NCBI GenBank assembly: GCA_965242585.1
Contig: OZ251460.1
Coordinates: forward strand, 3,988,968 to 4,052,967
Length of the DNA stretch: 64,000 nt
From: Limisphaerales bacterium
Lineage (GTDB): Bacteria; Verrucomicrobiota; Verrucomicrobiia; Limisphaerales; AAA164-E04
Reading direction: 5' to 3'
In this document: piece by piece, positions 27,610 to 38,783 of the stretch
Numbering within the stretch: the stretch's first letter is position 1
Layout: every line of letters starts with the position of its first letter
Position numbers and translations under genes: made by a program
Notes under the pieces: model-generated
Databases searched by the model: none
What the model saw: only the letters and a program-made list of their open reading frames with translations
Told to the model about the DNA's origin: nothing

Positions 27610-29814
27610 TCATGGCCGGTTTTTAATTTGTGTTTGTCTGTTGTCGTCGGTTTGGCGGCGGGTTTCTTTGGCGGATTCGGCGGCGGCTTCTTCGGCCATT
27701 TCTTTGTCGCGCTGTTCCATAGCGGCTTTGCGGCTGAGGCGAACCCGGCCTTTGTCGTCGATTTCAATGCATTTGACCCAAATTTCGTCGCCAAGTTTGA
27801 CGATGTCTTCGGTTCGTTTGACGCGGAAGCTGGCCAGCTCGCTGATGTGGCAGAGTCCGTCTTGGCCGGGAAAGACTTCGACAAAGCAGCCAAAGTCTTT
27901 GATGGAGGCGACTTTGCCGCGGTAGATTTTTTCGAGTTGGATTTCGGCGGTGAGGGCTTCGATTTCGGCTTGGGCGATTTTGAGGCCGTCTTCGGAGAGG
28001 GAGTAGATTTTGACTTCGCCGTCGTCTTCGATGTTGATTTCGCAACCGGATTCTTCGACGAGTCGTTTGATGTTTTTTCCTCCGGGGCCGATGAGGGCGC
28101 CGATTTTGTCGGGATTGATGAAGACGGTGGTGATTTTGGGGGCGTGAGGGCTGAGTTCTTTGCGCGGCTCGGCCAGTGTTTTGGCCATTTGCGCCAGGAC
28201 TTGGCTGCGGGCGGCTTGGGCTTGGGCTAATGCTTGGGCCATGATTTGGTGAGAAATGCCGGGCAGTTTGAGGTCGAGTTGGAATCCGGTGATGCCCTTG
28301 GCGGTGCCGGCGATTTTGCAGTCCATGTCGCAAAAAGCGTCTTCCCATCCCATGATGTCGGTGAGCAGTTGGTAGCGCCCGATTTCTCCCGACTCGGATT
28401 GTTCGGCGCAGATGCCGATGCTGATGCCGGCAACGGGGCCGGCAATGGGAACGCCGGCGTCCATCAGAGCAAGCGAGCCGCCGCAGACGGTGGCCATAGA
28501 GGAAGAGCCGTTGGATTCGGTGATTTCCGAAACGACGCGAATGGCGTAGGGAAAGTCTTCCAGAGGAAGGACGGGTTCCAGAGAGCGTTCTGCCAAAGCG
28601 CCGTGTCCGATTTCTCGCCGTCCCGGCCCCATAATCCTGCCAGTTTCGCCAACGGAGAAGTGAGGAAAGTTGTAGTGAAGGAGGAACTGTTTTTCTTCGC
28701 CGCCGCCGGAGTAGGAGTCAAAGGCTTGGGCGTCGTCTTCGGTGCCGAGCGTCGCCTGCACGAGGGCTTGGGTTTCGCCGCGAGTGAACAGAGCGGAGCC
28801 GTGCACTCGCGGAAGCAATCCCACTCGCCCGGAAATGGCGCGAAGGTCGTCAAAAGCGCGTCCGTCCAGCCGGTTGCCTTGATCGAGGATTAAAGAGCGC
28901 ACGGCCGATTTTTGGATTTGGTAGAAAATGTCTTTGAGAACGGCTTCGGAAACAAGTTCCTCCCCGTGTTTTTCCCGCAGCGCGGCGCCAATCTCTTCGG
29001 CCACTGCATTCCAGGCGGCTTCTCGTTCGAGTTTGCCGGGAGTAAGCAGAGCGGGAATTACTCGGTCGCCGGCAAGCGCTTGGGCTTCTGCGAGAACTTC
29101 GTCGGGAATTTGGGGGACTTCGACGCGGCGTTTGGGCTTGCCGATTTTCTCGACGAGTTCCTTTTGGGCGGCAATCATGGGAACGCAACATTTCTGGCCG
29201 AATTCCAGCGCCGCCAAGAAGTCGTCTTCCCGAATTTCTTGAGCGGATCCTTCATACATAACCATGTCGCTTTGGTTGCCAACGTAAATGAGATCGAGAT
29301 CGCTCTCTTCGCGTTGGAGGTGGGTGGGATTGGCGATGAATTGCCCGCTCACCCGGCCGACTCGAACGGCGCCTAACGGACCCGCCCAAGGGATGTCGCT
29401 GATGGAAAGCGCCGCAGAAGCGCCCAGAATGCTGAGCACGTCCGGGTCGTTTTCTCGGTCGGCGCTCAAGAGAATGGTTTGGACTTGGACTTCGTTGAGC
29501 CAGCCTTTTGGGAACAGCGGCCGAATCGGGCGATCCGTAAGGCGGCAAGTTAAGATTTCCTTTTCCGTCGGCCGGCCTTCTCGTTTGAAGTAGCCGCCTG
29601 GAAAACGCCCGGCGGCGGACGCTTTCTCACGGTAGTCGACGGTAAGCGGGAAAAACTCCTGTCCCGGACGAGCCGTTGCGGCGGCCACTGCGGCTACGAG
29701 AACAATGGTTTCGCCAAGTTGAACGACGACAGAACCGTCGGCTTGTTTGGCAATTTCTCCGGTGGAAATGTGAATCGGGCTGGTGCCCGCGTTGATGCTA
29801 ATTGTTTCCGGCAT
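27610..29814 (-). CDS. pnp: polyribonucleotide nucleotidyltransferase (PNPase)
   Basis: 734 aa with two RNase PH-like domains, then KH and S1 ([31 protein letters not shown]) and a charged tail. Confidence 0.95.
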   Translation of the reverse strand: MPETISINAGTSPIHISTGEIAKQADGSVVVQLGETIVLVAAVAAATARPGQEFFPLTVDYREKASAAGRFPGGYFKREGRPTEKEILTCRLTDRPIRPLFPKGWLNEVQVQTILLSADRENDPDVLSILGASAALSISDIPWAGPLGAVRVGRVSGQFIANPTHLQREESDLDLIYVGNQSDMVMYEGSAQEIREDDFLAALEFGQKCCVPMIAAQKELVEKIGKPKRRVEVPQIPDEVLAEAQALAGDRVIPALLTPGKLEREAAWNAVAEEIGAALREKHGEELVSEAVLKDIFYQIQKSAVRSLILDQGNRLDGRAFDDLRAISGRVGLLPRVHGSALFTRGETQALVQATLGTEDDAQAFDSYSGGGEEKQFLLHYNFPHFSVGETGRIMGPGRREIGHGALAERSLEPVLPLEDFPYAIRVVSEITESNGSSSMATVCGGSLALMDAGVPIAGPVAGISIGICAEQSESGEIGRYQLLTDIMGWEDAFCDMDCKIAGTAKGITGFQLDLKLPGISHQIMAQALAQAQAARSQVLAQMAKTLAEPRKELSPHAPKITTVFINPDKIGALIGPGGKNIKRLVEESGCEINIEDDGEVKIYSLSEDGLKIAQAEIEALTAEIQLEKIYRGKVASIKDFGCFVEVFPGQDGLCHISELASFRVKRTEDIVKLGDEIWVKCIEIDDKGRVRLSRKAAMEQRDKEMAEEAAAESAKETRRQTDDNRQTQIKNRP

Positions 29815-29826
29815 AATGTCTAATGC

Positions 29827-29912
29827 GCAAACGCCGGGACGGAGGAACTTCTTTCAGCCACGTTCTCATGGCTACGGAGCTGAAAGAAATCTCTCGGCGC
29901 CTCGGCGTTTGC
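29827..29912 (-). promoter_or_regulatory. long imperfect hairpin in the rpsO-pnp intergenic leader
   Basis: The outer stem is gcaaacgccg (29827-29836) with cggcgtttgc (29903-29912). The inner perfect stem is ctttcagc (29851-58) with gctgaaag (29879-86). This is analogous to the RNase III-processed pnp leader hairpin known from E. coli. Confidence 0.5.
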
Positions 29913-30093
29913 GGCTTGAGTTCAAGATTTCTATTTTAACGGTTGAAGAAGCCAAGGCCGCACCGCGTCGGATTGGCCGGCCTCCGCTGACCTGCGAGCG
30001 GGACGCGCTTTTGCTTCCAGTAAGTGTTTTGCCCCGAAACGCGCGCGTCTGAGGGGCGGGAAAGTCGTCGAATTCCATGCGAGATGCGGGCGA

Positions 30094-30351
30094 TCAGCGT
30101 CGGAGCTTCAGCCGTTTCGTCAGCGCAACGTAGCGATTGTGGTCTTTGCGGTCGAGATAATCCAGCAACCGCCGCCGCTTGCTCACCATCACCAAAAGAC
30201 CGCGCCGCGAGCTGACGTCCTTGCGGTTGACTTTCAAATGCTCGGTCAAATTATTGATCCGGCCGGTCAACAGCGCCACTTGAACGTCCGCCGACCCCGT
30301 GTCGCCATCGTGCAATCGAAATTGTTCGATCGTGTTCGACTTTGATTCCAT
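30094..30351 (-). CDS. rpsO: 30S ribosomal protein S15
   Basis: The last 85 aa of ORF 30094..30705: [66 protein letters not shown]. Confidence 0.95.
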   Translation of the reverse strand: MESKSNTIEQFRLHDGDTGSADVQVALLTGRINNLTEHLKVNRKDVSSRRGLLVMVSKRRRLLDYLDRKDHNRYVALTKRLKLRR

Positions 30352-30580
30352 ACGATTTGTCTCTTGTGTCTCGATAATTCGCAACAACAAGAAAATCAGT
30401 ATATCCCCTTGAAAAATTATGTAAAGGAATTTTTCCGGATAAGTTCGAAGCGACTTTATTGACTGGATTTTGTTGGTGGAAAGCGGCATGAATTTGTTTT
30501 GGAGCAAAAGAGAAAACGACAACACTGACGGCTCTCGCCGAAAACCGGCCGCAGAAAACGCAAAAACAGCAACGATTCCT

Positions 30581-31759
30581 ATGAACTGGATGAAAAAGAA
30601 CGGCATCTTTTCCCACACAAGCATTGCCTCGGCGCTTGTCTTTTGGACCTGCGCTGAGACAACCGCCGAACCAATTCCTGTTTCCTCGCCGGACATATCG
30701 CTCAAAAAAGAAATCGCCCGAGCGGTAGATCGGGGTTGCGATTATCTATTGTCTCAACAAGCCGCCAACGGATCATGGTCCGACGCCGATTATCCAGCCC
30801 TTACCGCCTTGGCCTTGACTGCTTTGCAGAGCGATCCCGAAGAACATCATGCGGCAAAAAAGGCCGAAGCGCTCAAAAAAGGCTACCAATACCTCCTCCA
30901 TTCCGTGCAGCCCGACGGCGGCCTCTATCGCATCGAGTCGCTGATGAACTACAACACGGCGGTCTCGGTTCTCGCTCTTGTCGCCGCCAAAAATCCCGCC
31001 TACGTCGAAACCATTCGGCGAGCGCGAAACTACTTGATCCGCGGACAACAAGACTTCGAAACGGCCGGAGAACCAGACAACCCGCTAAATGGCGGCGTCG
31101 GCTACGGCGACCGTTACCCCCACTCTGACTTGTCCAACACCGTTCTCGCGCTCGAAGCCCTCTATCACAGCCGCCATCTCGCCCGCGACGTTCCCGGTGC
31201 CAACCGCTTGGACTGGGACGCCGCCGTCCGCTTCGTCCAAAACTGCCAAAACCTGCCCGAAACCAACCCGCAATCTTGGGTCTCCGGCGATCCCGCCAAC
31301 CGCGGCGGCTTTATCTACTTCCCCGGAAACAGCAAGGCCGGCGAAACCGTCCTGCCCGACGGCCGCATCGCCCTCCGCTCCTACGGAAGCATCTCCTACG
31401 CCGGACTACTCAGCTACATCTACGCCGAGATGGGCGCCGCCGACCCCCGAATCACCGCCGTCCGCCAATGGCTCCAACACAACTACACCCTCGACGAAAA
31501 TCCCGGCATGGGCGCCCAAGGCCTCTACTACTACTACTATACCATGTCCAAAGCCCTCAACTTGGCGGGAATCCGGGAACTCCAAACACAAAACGGAAAA
31601 CCCGTCCGCTGGGCAAAAGAACTGGCATTGAAACTCCTGCAACTCCAGCGGGCCGAAGGCCAATGGAGGAACGACAACGCCCGCTGGTGGGAAAAAGACC
31701 CCGTCCTCGTCACCGCCTACACACTCCTCGCCCTTCGCAACCTCTATCCCAACCTATAA
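30581..31759 (+). CDS. secreted prenyltransferase/squalene-oxidase-repeat (alpha/alpha toroid) protein
   Basis: The signal peptide follows the internal Met ([27 protein letters not shown]). There are repeated QxxxGxW-like units ([30 protein letters not shown]). The start is uncertain (30470, 30581 or 30590). Confidence 0.65.
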   Translation: MNWMKKNGIFSHTSIASALVFWTCAETTAEPIPVSSPDISLKKEIARAVDRGCDYLLSQQAANGSWSDADYPALTALALTALQSDPEEHHAAKKAEALKKGYQYLLHSVQPDGGLYRIESLMNYNTAVSVLALVAAKNPAYVETIRRARNYLIRGQQDFETAGEPDNPLNGGVGYGDRYPHSDLSNTVLALEALYHSRHLARDVPGANRLDWDAAVRFVQNCQNLPETNPQSWVSGDPANRGGFIYFPGNSKAGETVLPDGRIALRSYGSISYAGLLSYIYAEMGAADPRITAVRQWLQHNYTLDENPGMGAQGLYYYYYTMSKALNLAGIRELQTQNGKPVRWAKELALKLLQLQRAEGQWRNDNARWWEKDPVLVTAYTLLALRNLYPNL

Positions 31760-31914
31760 ACACTACTTGCCGAAAGCGACAAAAACCTCATAAAAAAGCC
31801 AACCCTCACAAATGAAGGATTGTCCCGAATGGCTTGCGTCAGGAGGGTGCGATAAATGGATCTTTCTACCGAACTGGTTCGGCCTCCTATGTTGCCGATC
31901 TTGTTGTTGATCCC

Positions 31915-33072
31915 TTACTCGGTTTCTGGAGCAGGGGTTTCTTCGGTGGTTTGTTGTTGGGCTTGGCGGGCTTGTGTGCGCTCTTTGCGCTGGCGTTCTC
32001 GTTCCATCTCTTTGAACACTGGATGGCGCGCCATCTCTTCTCGATAACGCCGCTCATGTTCTTGCTTTGCTTGCCGTTGTTTCTGTTCTTTGATTATTTG
32101 GTTGTGTCGTGTGGCTACTTCTTTGTCTTTGTTATCGGGCTCTCTTGCCCAGGCTTCGGCGGCGGCGGCCATTTCTTCGTCAATCTTTTTGAGTTCTTCA
32201 ATCAAGGGGGCGTCTAAGTCTTGATAGCGTTGTTCTTTGGCGGCGGCGATTTTCTCCGCAATCCAACTTTCGTCATTGGGGTTGTCAAGGGGGATGCCGA
32301 TGGTTTGGGCGGTTTGCTCAATCCACTGGATATGATCGGCATGCCAGTTGGGGTCTTGGGGATCGCCTTGGTTTAGTTCTGTTTGGGAGAAGTTGCGGCG
32401 ATCTCGCAAGAAAGCGGCCACTTCCTGCCAAGGTTCGGTGTCTGTTTCCCAGCCAGTTTTGATCTTAGCAATTGCATCTTCCGCCTTCGCTTCGGCAACG
32501 GTGGCAAAACTAGCCGGTTTATCTTTTTGAAATCGAAGCAGAAGATTCGTGTTTCCCGTGCGCTTCACTTCTTCAATCACGGCATCATAATGCTCGTTGC
32601 TTCGTTTGATTTTTTGGCGAAAAATCCAATCGTCCAAGTCGGCAATTGCCCGGAACGCCGGATCCACTTTATACTTGGCCATTCGTTCCTTGTCTAGAAA
32701 GTCTTCTATCTCGTTTGAACTATCTTGGTAGCTTTCCATCCAGTTGCCGCTTGGGCTGTTTTCGTAAGCTTCCCGCTTTTTATCCCGAGCTTCCATTTCT
32801 GCCCAGAAGGCTTTGTCTTCTTCGGACAGAGGCTCAATCTCCGAGGATTGCCTTCGCATTCCGACAAAGAGATCAACTGCTTTCTCTGTTGGCGAAGTGG
32901 CTGTTGTTTCATCGCTTGGGCTGGGCGGTTTGTTGGCGGTTGGCGTTTCTTCTTGCTTGATGAATTGCGCCAGCCAGAAGATTCCCGCCAACGTCGCTAA
33001 ACCAATCCCAATAATCACGTAACCTTGCTTTCTCATCGTCAAAGACTCCTTTTCTGCTTTGTTTTCAGCCAC
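31915..33072 (-). CDS. hypothetical membrane-anchored, highly charged protein
   Basis: 385 aa with one TM (GYVIIGIGLATLAGIFWLAQF) followed by an acidic/basic helical region. No family recognised. Confidence 0.4.
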   Translation of the reverse strand: MAENKAEKESLTMRKQGYVIIGIGLATLAGIFWLAQFIKQEETPTANKPPSPSDETTATSPTEKAVDLFVGMRRQSSEIEPLSEEDKAFWAEMEARDKKREAYENSPSGNWMESYQDSSNEIEDFLDKERMAKYKVDPAFRAIADLDDWIFRQKIKRSNEHYDAVIEEVKRTGNTNLLLRFQKDKPASFATVAEAKAEDAIAKIKTGWETDTEPWQEVAAFLRDRRNFSQTELNQGDPQDPNWHADHIQWIEQTAQTIGIPLDNPNDESWIAEKIAAAKEQRYQDLDAPLIEELKKIDEEMAAAAEAWAREPDNKDKEVATRHNQIIKEQKQRQAKQEHERRYREEMARHPVFKEMERERQRKERTQARQAQQQTTEETPAPETE

Positions 33073-33073
33073 C

Positions 33074-33775
33074 TTAGTTGATCCTGCTGGAAGAGCAAGT
33101 CGAATACTCGGTGCATGCTGCTTCCTCTTCTCTTTGGGTTTTTTGGGATAACCAACCTAGCCATTCTTCGTACCAGTCCTCAATTTCCCATAATCTCTTG
33201 TTTATCTCGTCAATTTCCTTCTGCAACTTCTCAACCTCCTTGCTCTTAGCTCTAAATTCGTCCGATATCTGCTTCATTCTTGCTACGCTAGCGGCAGAAC
33301 CACTGTTGGGAGACATGGACAGCCTGATCCATTCCTCGTTCAACTTTTCTATTTGAGCGAGAATTCTGTCCTGCTCATCGAATATGCGATCCTGCGCGTC
33401 GTAGAAGGGTTTGCGTTTGGCGTAGTAGGCATTGTCGATGCTTTTTCGCCAATTCGCCGCCCCTTGCATGATCGTCGCTATCCTTGAATCGTATTGCTCT
33501 AGGCAGGTGTCAAAGACGCCGGGCGGGAAGGGCGGAAGAACAACTTCTCGCTGCGGTGGAGGCGGCGGCAAGTCTGGCAATTCGGGGATTTCGGCCGACG
33601 GGCCGGTGGTTGGGGTTGTCAAGGCAATCGCGAGGATTGTTGCAACCGTGAGGATTGCTGTTTTTCCGTTGATCGGGGACTGAGACGTCACCGATTTCAC
33701 AACTACGTTGCGTTGAACGCTGTTCGATTGGGCTACGCGAGCCAACCAATTCCAATAAAAAAAGAGTTTCTTCAT
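33074..33775 (-). CDS. hypothetical protein with a hydrophobic anchor, proline-rich linker and coiled-coil tail
   Basis: Internal Met MKKLFFYWNW..., then AILTVATILAIALTT, PELPDLPPPPPQREVVLPPFPPG, and a coiled coil (KEVEKLQKEIDEINKRLWEIEDWYEEW). Its stop is 1 nt from the next start. Confidence 0.4.
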   Translation of the reverse strand: MKKLFFYWNWLARVAQSNSVQRNVVVKSVTSQSPINGKTAILTVATILAIALTTPTTGPSAEIPELPDLPPPPPQREVVLPPFPPGVFDTCLEQYDSRIATIMQGAANWRKSIDNAYYAKRKPFYDAQDRIFDEQDRILAQIEKLNEEWIRLSMSPNSGSAASVARMKQISDEFRAKSKEVEKLQKEIDEINKRLWEIEDWYEEWLGWLSQKTQREEEAACTEYSTCSSSRIN

Positions 33776-34208
33776 GTCTCGATAATCTTTAATGTCTATG
33801 TCGTTAATGTTGCGGCCGTCAGGCCACGCAACCAACATTTAACGAGGGAACCACGAAAAGTTTCCTGCCTATTCGCCAAGGCAGCTGGGAAAGAAATTTT
33901 GAATCCTCCCGGCAGCCATTCTAAACTGTGACATTTGGCGGGGAATCCAACAAAGAATCCCCTCGTCAATTGTCGGTTGCGCTTCCAAAAAACCATGCTT
34001 TTTATTTGAGCGCAAGCTTTTTTTTCTCGATTTTCCCAAGAAAAATTTTGGTTGGGAAAGTGCGAGTTTTCTTTGTTATTTCGGTGTTTTGAGATTTTTG
34101 AGACATTGCCCGGCAATTTTTTTATTTTTTTTGTCGCGGATTGGCGGAGTTTGGCGGGGGGTTGGCTTCGGTTTTTGGGGAAGGGGTTTGTGTGTTTCAG
34201 CATTGGTT

Positions 34209-35939
34209 TTATTTTGCGTTGGGGAGGAGGGCGGCGGCGTGTTTTTTGGCGGCGGGGATTTTGCCGCCGAGCATGCGGGCGAGTTCGTCGATGCGTTGTT
34301 TGGTTTTTAGGGGGAGGACTTGGGTGTGGGTGCGGTTGTTTTGGGAGGTTTTGATGACTTGGAAGTGGTGGTTGGCGTTGGCGGCTACGGGGGCGAGGTG
34401 GGTGATGCAGAGGATTTGTCGGCGGTTGCCGAGTCGGCGCATTTTTTCGCCGACGGCGTGGGCGGTTTCGCCGCCGATGTTGGCGTCCACTTCGTCAAAG
34501 ATGAGGAAGGGGATGTGGTCTTGGGCGGCGAGGACGGTTTTGAGGGCGAGCATGACGCGGGCGATTTCTCCGGAGGAGGCGATTTTTTTGAGGGGATGGA
34601 GGGGTTCGCCGGGGTTGGGTCCGAAGAGGAATTCGATGCGTTCGGCGCCGGCGTTGCGGAGGCGGGCGGTTTCTTCGGTGTCTTCCGGTTGGGCGGGCGG
34701 ATGGGCGATGAGTTGGACTTCGAAGCGTCCGCCGGGAAAGCCGAGGTCTTCGAGTTGTTTTCGGGCGGCTTGGGAGAGGGATTTGCCTTTTTGGGCGCGG
34801 GCGGCGGTTAGTTTTCGAGCGCGGGCGGTGAGTTCTGTTTTCAGTTGGGCGATTTGGCGGTCGGTTTGTTGGACTTCGGTGTCTCTGGATTCGAGGGATT
34901 TTAGTTTTTGGCGGGCTTGGCTTCCGAACTGGATGATTTCTCGGATGGTGGATCCGTATTTGCGTTTGAGGGTTTGGAGGCGGTTGATTTGTTCTTCGAG
35001 TTCTGCGAGGCGGTTGGGTTCGACGTGGACGGTGTCTAGGTAGCGGGAGAGTTGGGTTTGCCAGTCGTGGGTTTGTTCGGCGAGTTGGGCGTGGGAGTCG
35101 GCAAGGGGTTGGGTTTGGGGATCGAGTTGGGTGAGTTGACGGAGTTCTCGGCCGATTTGGTCCAGGGCGTCGGACAGGGAGGGTTCGCTGGTTGGTTCTC
35201 CGCTGTTCCAGTTGTTTTCTGGGTTGCCGAGAGTGTTGAGGATGGTTTGTCCGAGTTGGCAGATTTGGGCGGCGTTTTGGGCGCGTTGGTAGTTGTTTTC
35301 GAGGGTTTGTTCGTCGAGGTGAGCGAGTTGGGCGTCGTCGATTTCCCGGGTTTGGAAGCGAAGGAGGTCTATTTGTCGGGCGCGGGCTTGTTCGTCGGCA
35401 AAGAGGGTTTGTTTTTGGCGGAGGAGGGTTTTCCATTGAGCGAATTGCTGGGTGTAGACAAGTCGGTCGGCGGTGATGCCGGCGAAGTCGTCCAGCAGTT
35501 CGAGTTGTTTTTGGTTGAGGAAGAGGGATTGGTGGTCGTGGGGTCCGTGGATGTCGACGAGGTGTTGGCCGAGCGTGGCGAGTGTGGAGAGCGAGGCGGG
35601 GGAATGGTTGACGAATTGGCGGTTGTTGCCGGCGGCGGTTACGGTGCGGCGAAGGAGGAGTTGGGCGTTTTCGCAGGGTTCGAGTCCGTTTTTGGCAAGG
35701 AAAGTTTCGATAGCTGCGCTGAGGGAGGAGAGGTCGAAGATGGCTTCGACGGCGCAGTTTTCGGCGCCGGCGCGGATTAGTTTGCGGTCGGCGCGTTGTC
35801 CGAGGAGCAGGCTGAGCGCGCCGATGATGAGGGATTTGCCGGCGCCGGTTTCTCCCGTCAAGGCGGTAAAGCCGCCCTCGAATTCAAGAGTGACGTCGTC
35901 CGCCAATCCGAAGTTTTTGATGCGGAGCGCGGTGAGCAT
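34209..35939 (-). CDS. recN: DNA repair protein RecN
   Basis: 576 aa. MLTALRIKNFGLADDVTLEFEGGFTALTGETGAGKSLIIGALSLLLG (Walker A), a long coiled coil, and a C-terminal ASSGEIARVMLALK...FLIFDEVDANIGG. Confidence 0.9.
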   Translation of the reverse strand: MLTALRIKNFGLADDVTLEFEGGFTALTGETGAGKSLIIGALSLLLGQRADRKLIRAGAENCAVEAIFDLSSLSAAIETFLAKNGLEPCENAQLLLRRTVTAAGNNRQFVNHSPASLSTLATLGQHLVDIHGPHDHQSLFLNQKQLELLDDFAGITADRLVYTQQFAQWKTLLRQKQTLFADEQARARQIDLLRFQTREIDDAQLAHLDEQTLENNYQRAQNAAQICQLGQTILNTLGNPENNWNSGEPTSEPSLSDALDQIGRELRQLTQLDPQTQPLADSHAQLAEQTHDWQTQLSRYLDTVHVEPNRLAELEEQINRLQTLKRKYGSTIREIIQFGSQARQKLKSLESRDTEVQQTDRQIAQLKTELTARARKLTAARAQKGKSLSQAARKQLEDLGFPGGRFEVQLIAHPPAQPEDTEETARLRNAGAERIEFLFGPNPGEPLHPLKKIASSGEIARVMLALKTVLAAQDHIPFLIFDEVDANIGGETAHAVGEKMRRLGNRRQILCITHLAPVAANANHHFQVIKTSQNNRTHTQVLPLKTKQRIDELARMLGGKIPAAKKHAAALLPNAK

Positions 35940-36047
35940 GGGAAAAAGATGGAGCCGAGAAACAATTTTATGTTATGTTGGCGGGCAATCTTACCGGATG
36001 GCGGGGTTCAATCAATCTGAATTCGGCCGGCGGCGAAAAATCATGGC

Positions 36048-36830
36048 ATGGCATTTCGATTTATTTTCTTGGGGAGCGGCACTTCCCAAGGCGTGCCGAT
36101 CATTGGCGCGGATTATCCGCCGGAGTTTTTGGCAAATCCCAAGAATCATCGAACGAGGTCGTCGATTTACGTGGAGACGGATCATGTTCGGTTGGTGGTG
36201 GACACGACGCCGGAGTTTCGCCTGCAGATGCTTCGCGAGAAGATTCAGCGAGTGGACGCCGTGCTGATTACCCACGGGCATGCCGATCACATTATGGGGA
36301 TGGACGATTGCCGGCGGTTTTGCGAGATGCAAAATTGCCGAATGCCGCTTTACGCCAATGCGGAAACTATGGAAGCCGTTCGGCGGGTGTTTGCCTACGC
36401 ATTCAAGTCGAAGCGAAGGTGGCGCGGATATTTTCATCCGGATCCGAGAATCGTCGACGGCCCTTTTGAAGTGGGGGATTTGGCGATCACCCCTATTCCG
36501 CTTCCTCACGGGCGGATGACGGTTTTGGGCTATTTGTTTTGCCAGCAAGAGCGTCCGAAGCTGGCCTACTTGACGGATTGCCGAGAGGTGCCGGAAACCG
36601 CCCTCCCGCAACTGGCGGGCGTTCCCGCGTTGGTGTTGGACGCTCTTCGCAAGAGGCCGCATCCGACGCACATGTCTTTGGACGAAGCGCTGGCGGCCTC
36701 TCGTCGCATTCGGGCTGGGCAGACTTGGCTGACTCATTTGACGCACGACTACGATCACAACGCGGATCAAGCGGAACTTCCCGCAACCGTGGCTTTGGCC
36801 TACGACGGCCTTCAAGTGGATTTGTCTTGA
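36048..36830 (+). CDS. MBL-fold metallo-hydrolase (PhnP-like)
   Basis: 260 aa. [16 protein letters not shown]...[17 protein letters not shown] carries the HxHxDH motif. Confidence 0.75.
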   Translation: MAFRFIFLGSGTSQGVPIIGADYPPEFLANPKNHRTRSSIYVETDHVRLVVDTTPEFRLQMLREKIQRVDAVLITHGHADHIMGMDDCRRFCEMQNCRMPLYANAETMEAVRRVFAYAFKSKRRWRGYFHPDPRIVDGPFEVGDLAITPIPLPHGRMTVLGYLFCQQERPKLAYLTDCREVPETALPQLAGVPALVLDALRKRPHPTHMSLDEALAASRRIRAGQTWLTHLTHDYDHNADQAELPATVALAYDGLQVDLS

Positions 36831-37022
36831 ATTTCTTGCTTCTTTTGCGAGAAAAAAACCGCCTGAAAGATGAAAATTGATCCAACAAACGCGCCAACTG
36901 CCAAACGACGATCGCGCGGAAATGCCTTGACCGAACGGAGCGTTCCCATTCTTAATTGCGCTTGCCGGCCGCGCTGTTTGCGCCGCTATTGGAAACGGAG
37001 AATTCGTTGAATATTAGAGGAA

Positions 37023-38744
37023 ATGATCGTCTGGAAAGAATGGAAAAAATTGCCGTTGACGGTAGCCGCCGCGTCGTTGAGTTGCGCGCTTTCCGGCGCT
37101 TCCGTCCCGGCAGACGAGTCTGCGGAGAGCGAGTCTGTGGTGGTCGTTTTCAACCAAAACCTTCCCGATTCGGAAGCCGTCGCCCAACACTACGCAACCA
37201 AACGTCAAATTCCCAAAGATCGGATTCTTGGCTTGGACTTGCCGGACAAAGAAACCGTCTCCCGCGCAGTCTTCCAAAAAAAGTTGCAACGCCCGCTGGC
37301 GGCAATTTTCCGGAAGCGGGGCTGGTTTGAGTTTGAAGACGCTCCCCAAGAGAACGACAAAGCGGAGCTAGCCGTTCCCAAAGTCAAAAAATCCTCCATC
37401 CGCTACCTGACGCTGTGTTACGGAGTGCCGCTTCGGATTCAATCCGACCGAACAATTCGGGAGGAGGGAATGGAGGAACTTCCGGCCGCAATGCGGCGAA
37501 ACCAAGCGGCAGTAGACAGCGAATTGGCAACGCTCCCCCACCCTTTGAAGTTATACGGCTACCACGTCAATCCAGTTTATGAAGCGACCAACTCGCTGAC
37601 AATCCGGCCGGAAAACGGGATTTTGATGGTAGCGCGACTGGACGGTCCTTCGCCGCAAATCGCCAAACGGCTCGTGGACATGGCTATCGCTGCGGAACAA
37701 AATGGCCTTTGGGGGCGGGCTTACTTTGACTTGCGCGGACTCGAGAGCGGAGAATATAAACTGGGCGACGATTGGATTGCCCACGCGGCCGCCCTCAGCC
37801 GGCATCTAGGTTTTGAAACCTACGAAGACCGAAAGCCCGGCACTTTCCCGGAAACCTTGCCGATAAGCCACGCGGCTTTGTATGCCGGTTGGTATGATGC
37901 CCACGTCTCCGGCCCTTTTCGCCGGGGGAAAGTTGAGTTTATGCCGGGCGCCCTTGCCTATCACCTGCATTCCTACAGCGCGTGGACCGTCCGCTCGAAG
38001 ACCGAACGCTGGGTGGGTCCGTTGCTGGAAGCGGGCGCAACCGCCACCATGGGCTGCGTTTACGAACCTTATCTGGCTTTGTCGCCGCATCTGCACGTTT
38101 TCTTCGAAAGCATGTTTCGCGGCTTCAGTTTTGGAGAAGCCGCTTACGCCTCCCAACCGGCGGTCTCTTGGCAAACGACGGTGGTTGGCGATCCGCTGTA
38201 CCGTCCCTTTGCCAATCTGCCCGCTCTTCAAGCGAAACTACAACGGGAAAACAGCCCTTTGATCGAATGGCTAATCTTGCTGAACATCAACCGAGCCATT
38301 GCCGGCCAAATATCGATGGACCAAATTCTTGAGTCCATCAAGAACGACACCGAGGTTCAAAAGAAAATTCAAAAGAGCGCGGTGCTGAGCGAGAAGTTGG
38401 GCGACCTGCTCTATGAGCAAGAAAAGCGCGACGGAGCCGTCAGCCAATACCAGCAAGCTCGGCAACGAAAGCCATCGCCGCAGCAAGATCTCCGAATTGG
38501 CCAACGATTAGCGGCGCTTTTGCAGGAAACAGGCGACGAAGCCGAAGCCCTTTCCGTGTATTTGAATCTGATTGAACGGCATCCGCAGTTCGCCGGCAAA
38601 ACCGAAATGTTGCGGAAAGCCCAAAACCTTGCCGAAAAACTAGGTTTGCGGGAAAAACTTCGCGAAATCCAACGACGACTCTCCGCCGATGAGGAAAAAG
38701 CAAAACCGCCAACCAATGAAGCTAAGCAGGCAGAGGGCAACTGA
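37023..38744 (+). CDS. secreted protein with a C-terminal TPR-like region (possibly the TIGR03790 family)
   Basis: 573 aa. Signal peptide, then VVVFNQNLPDSEAVAQHYATKRQIPKDRILGLDLP at the N-terminus, which I recall as typical of TIGR03790. This is a recollection and has not been checked. Confidence 0.4.
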   Translation: MIVWKEWKKLPLTVAAASLSCALSGASVPADESAESESVVVVFNQNLPDSEAVAQHYATKRQIPKDRILGLDLPDKETVSRAVFQKKLQRPLAAIFRKRGWFEFEDAPQENDKAELAVPKVKKSSIRYLTLCYGVPLRIQSDRTIREEGMEELPAAMRRNQAAVDSELATLPHPLKLYGYHVNPVYEATNSLTIRPENGILMVARLDGPSPQIAKRLVDMAIAAEQNGLWGRAYFDLRGLESGEYKLGDDWIAHAAALSRHLGFETYEDRKPGTFPETLPISHAALYAGWYDAHVSGPFRRGKVEFMPGALAYHLHSYSAWTVRSKTERWVGPLLEAGATATMGCVYEPYLALSPHLHVFFESMFRGFSFGEAAYASQPAVSWQTTVVGDPLYRPFANLPALQAKLQRENSPLIEWLILLNINRAIAGQISMDQILESIKNDTEVQKKIQKSAVLSEKLGDLLYEQEKRDGAVSQYQQARQRKPSPQQDLRIGQRLAALLQETGDEAEALSVYLNLIERHPQFAGKTEMLRKAQNLAEKLGLREKLREIQRRLSADEEKAKPPTNEAKQAEGN

Positions 38745-38783
38745 GCCTGCGGCCTCTTTGGTTTTCGTTTCGCCTTTTGGACG

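Noticed and set aside
27337-29593. Plus-strand ORFs (27337..28230 at 297 aa, 28234..28893, 28912..29376) opposite pnp.
   Set aside because: PNPase on the minus strand is unambiguous. The plus-strand translations are repetitive G/F/A/D strings.
34141-35780. Plus-strand ORFs (34141..35043 at 300 aa, 35052..35780) and minus-strand ORF 34495..35436 (313 aa, P/R-rich) within recN.
   Set aside because: Only the 34209..35939 minus-strand frame gives RecN motifs. The others are compositional artefacts.
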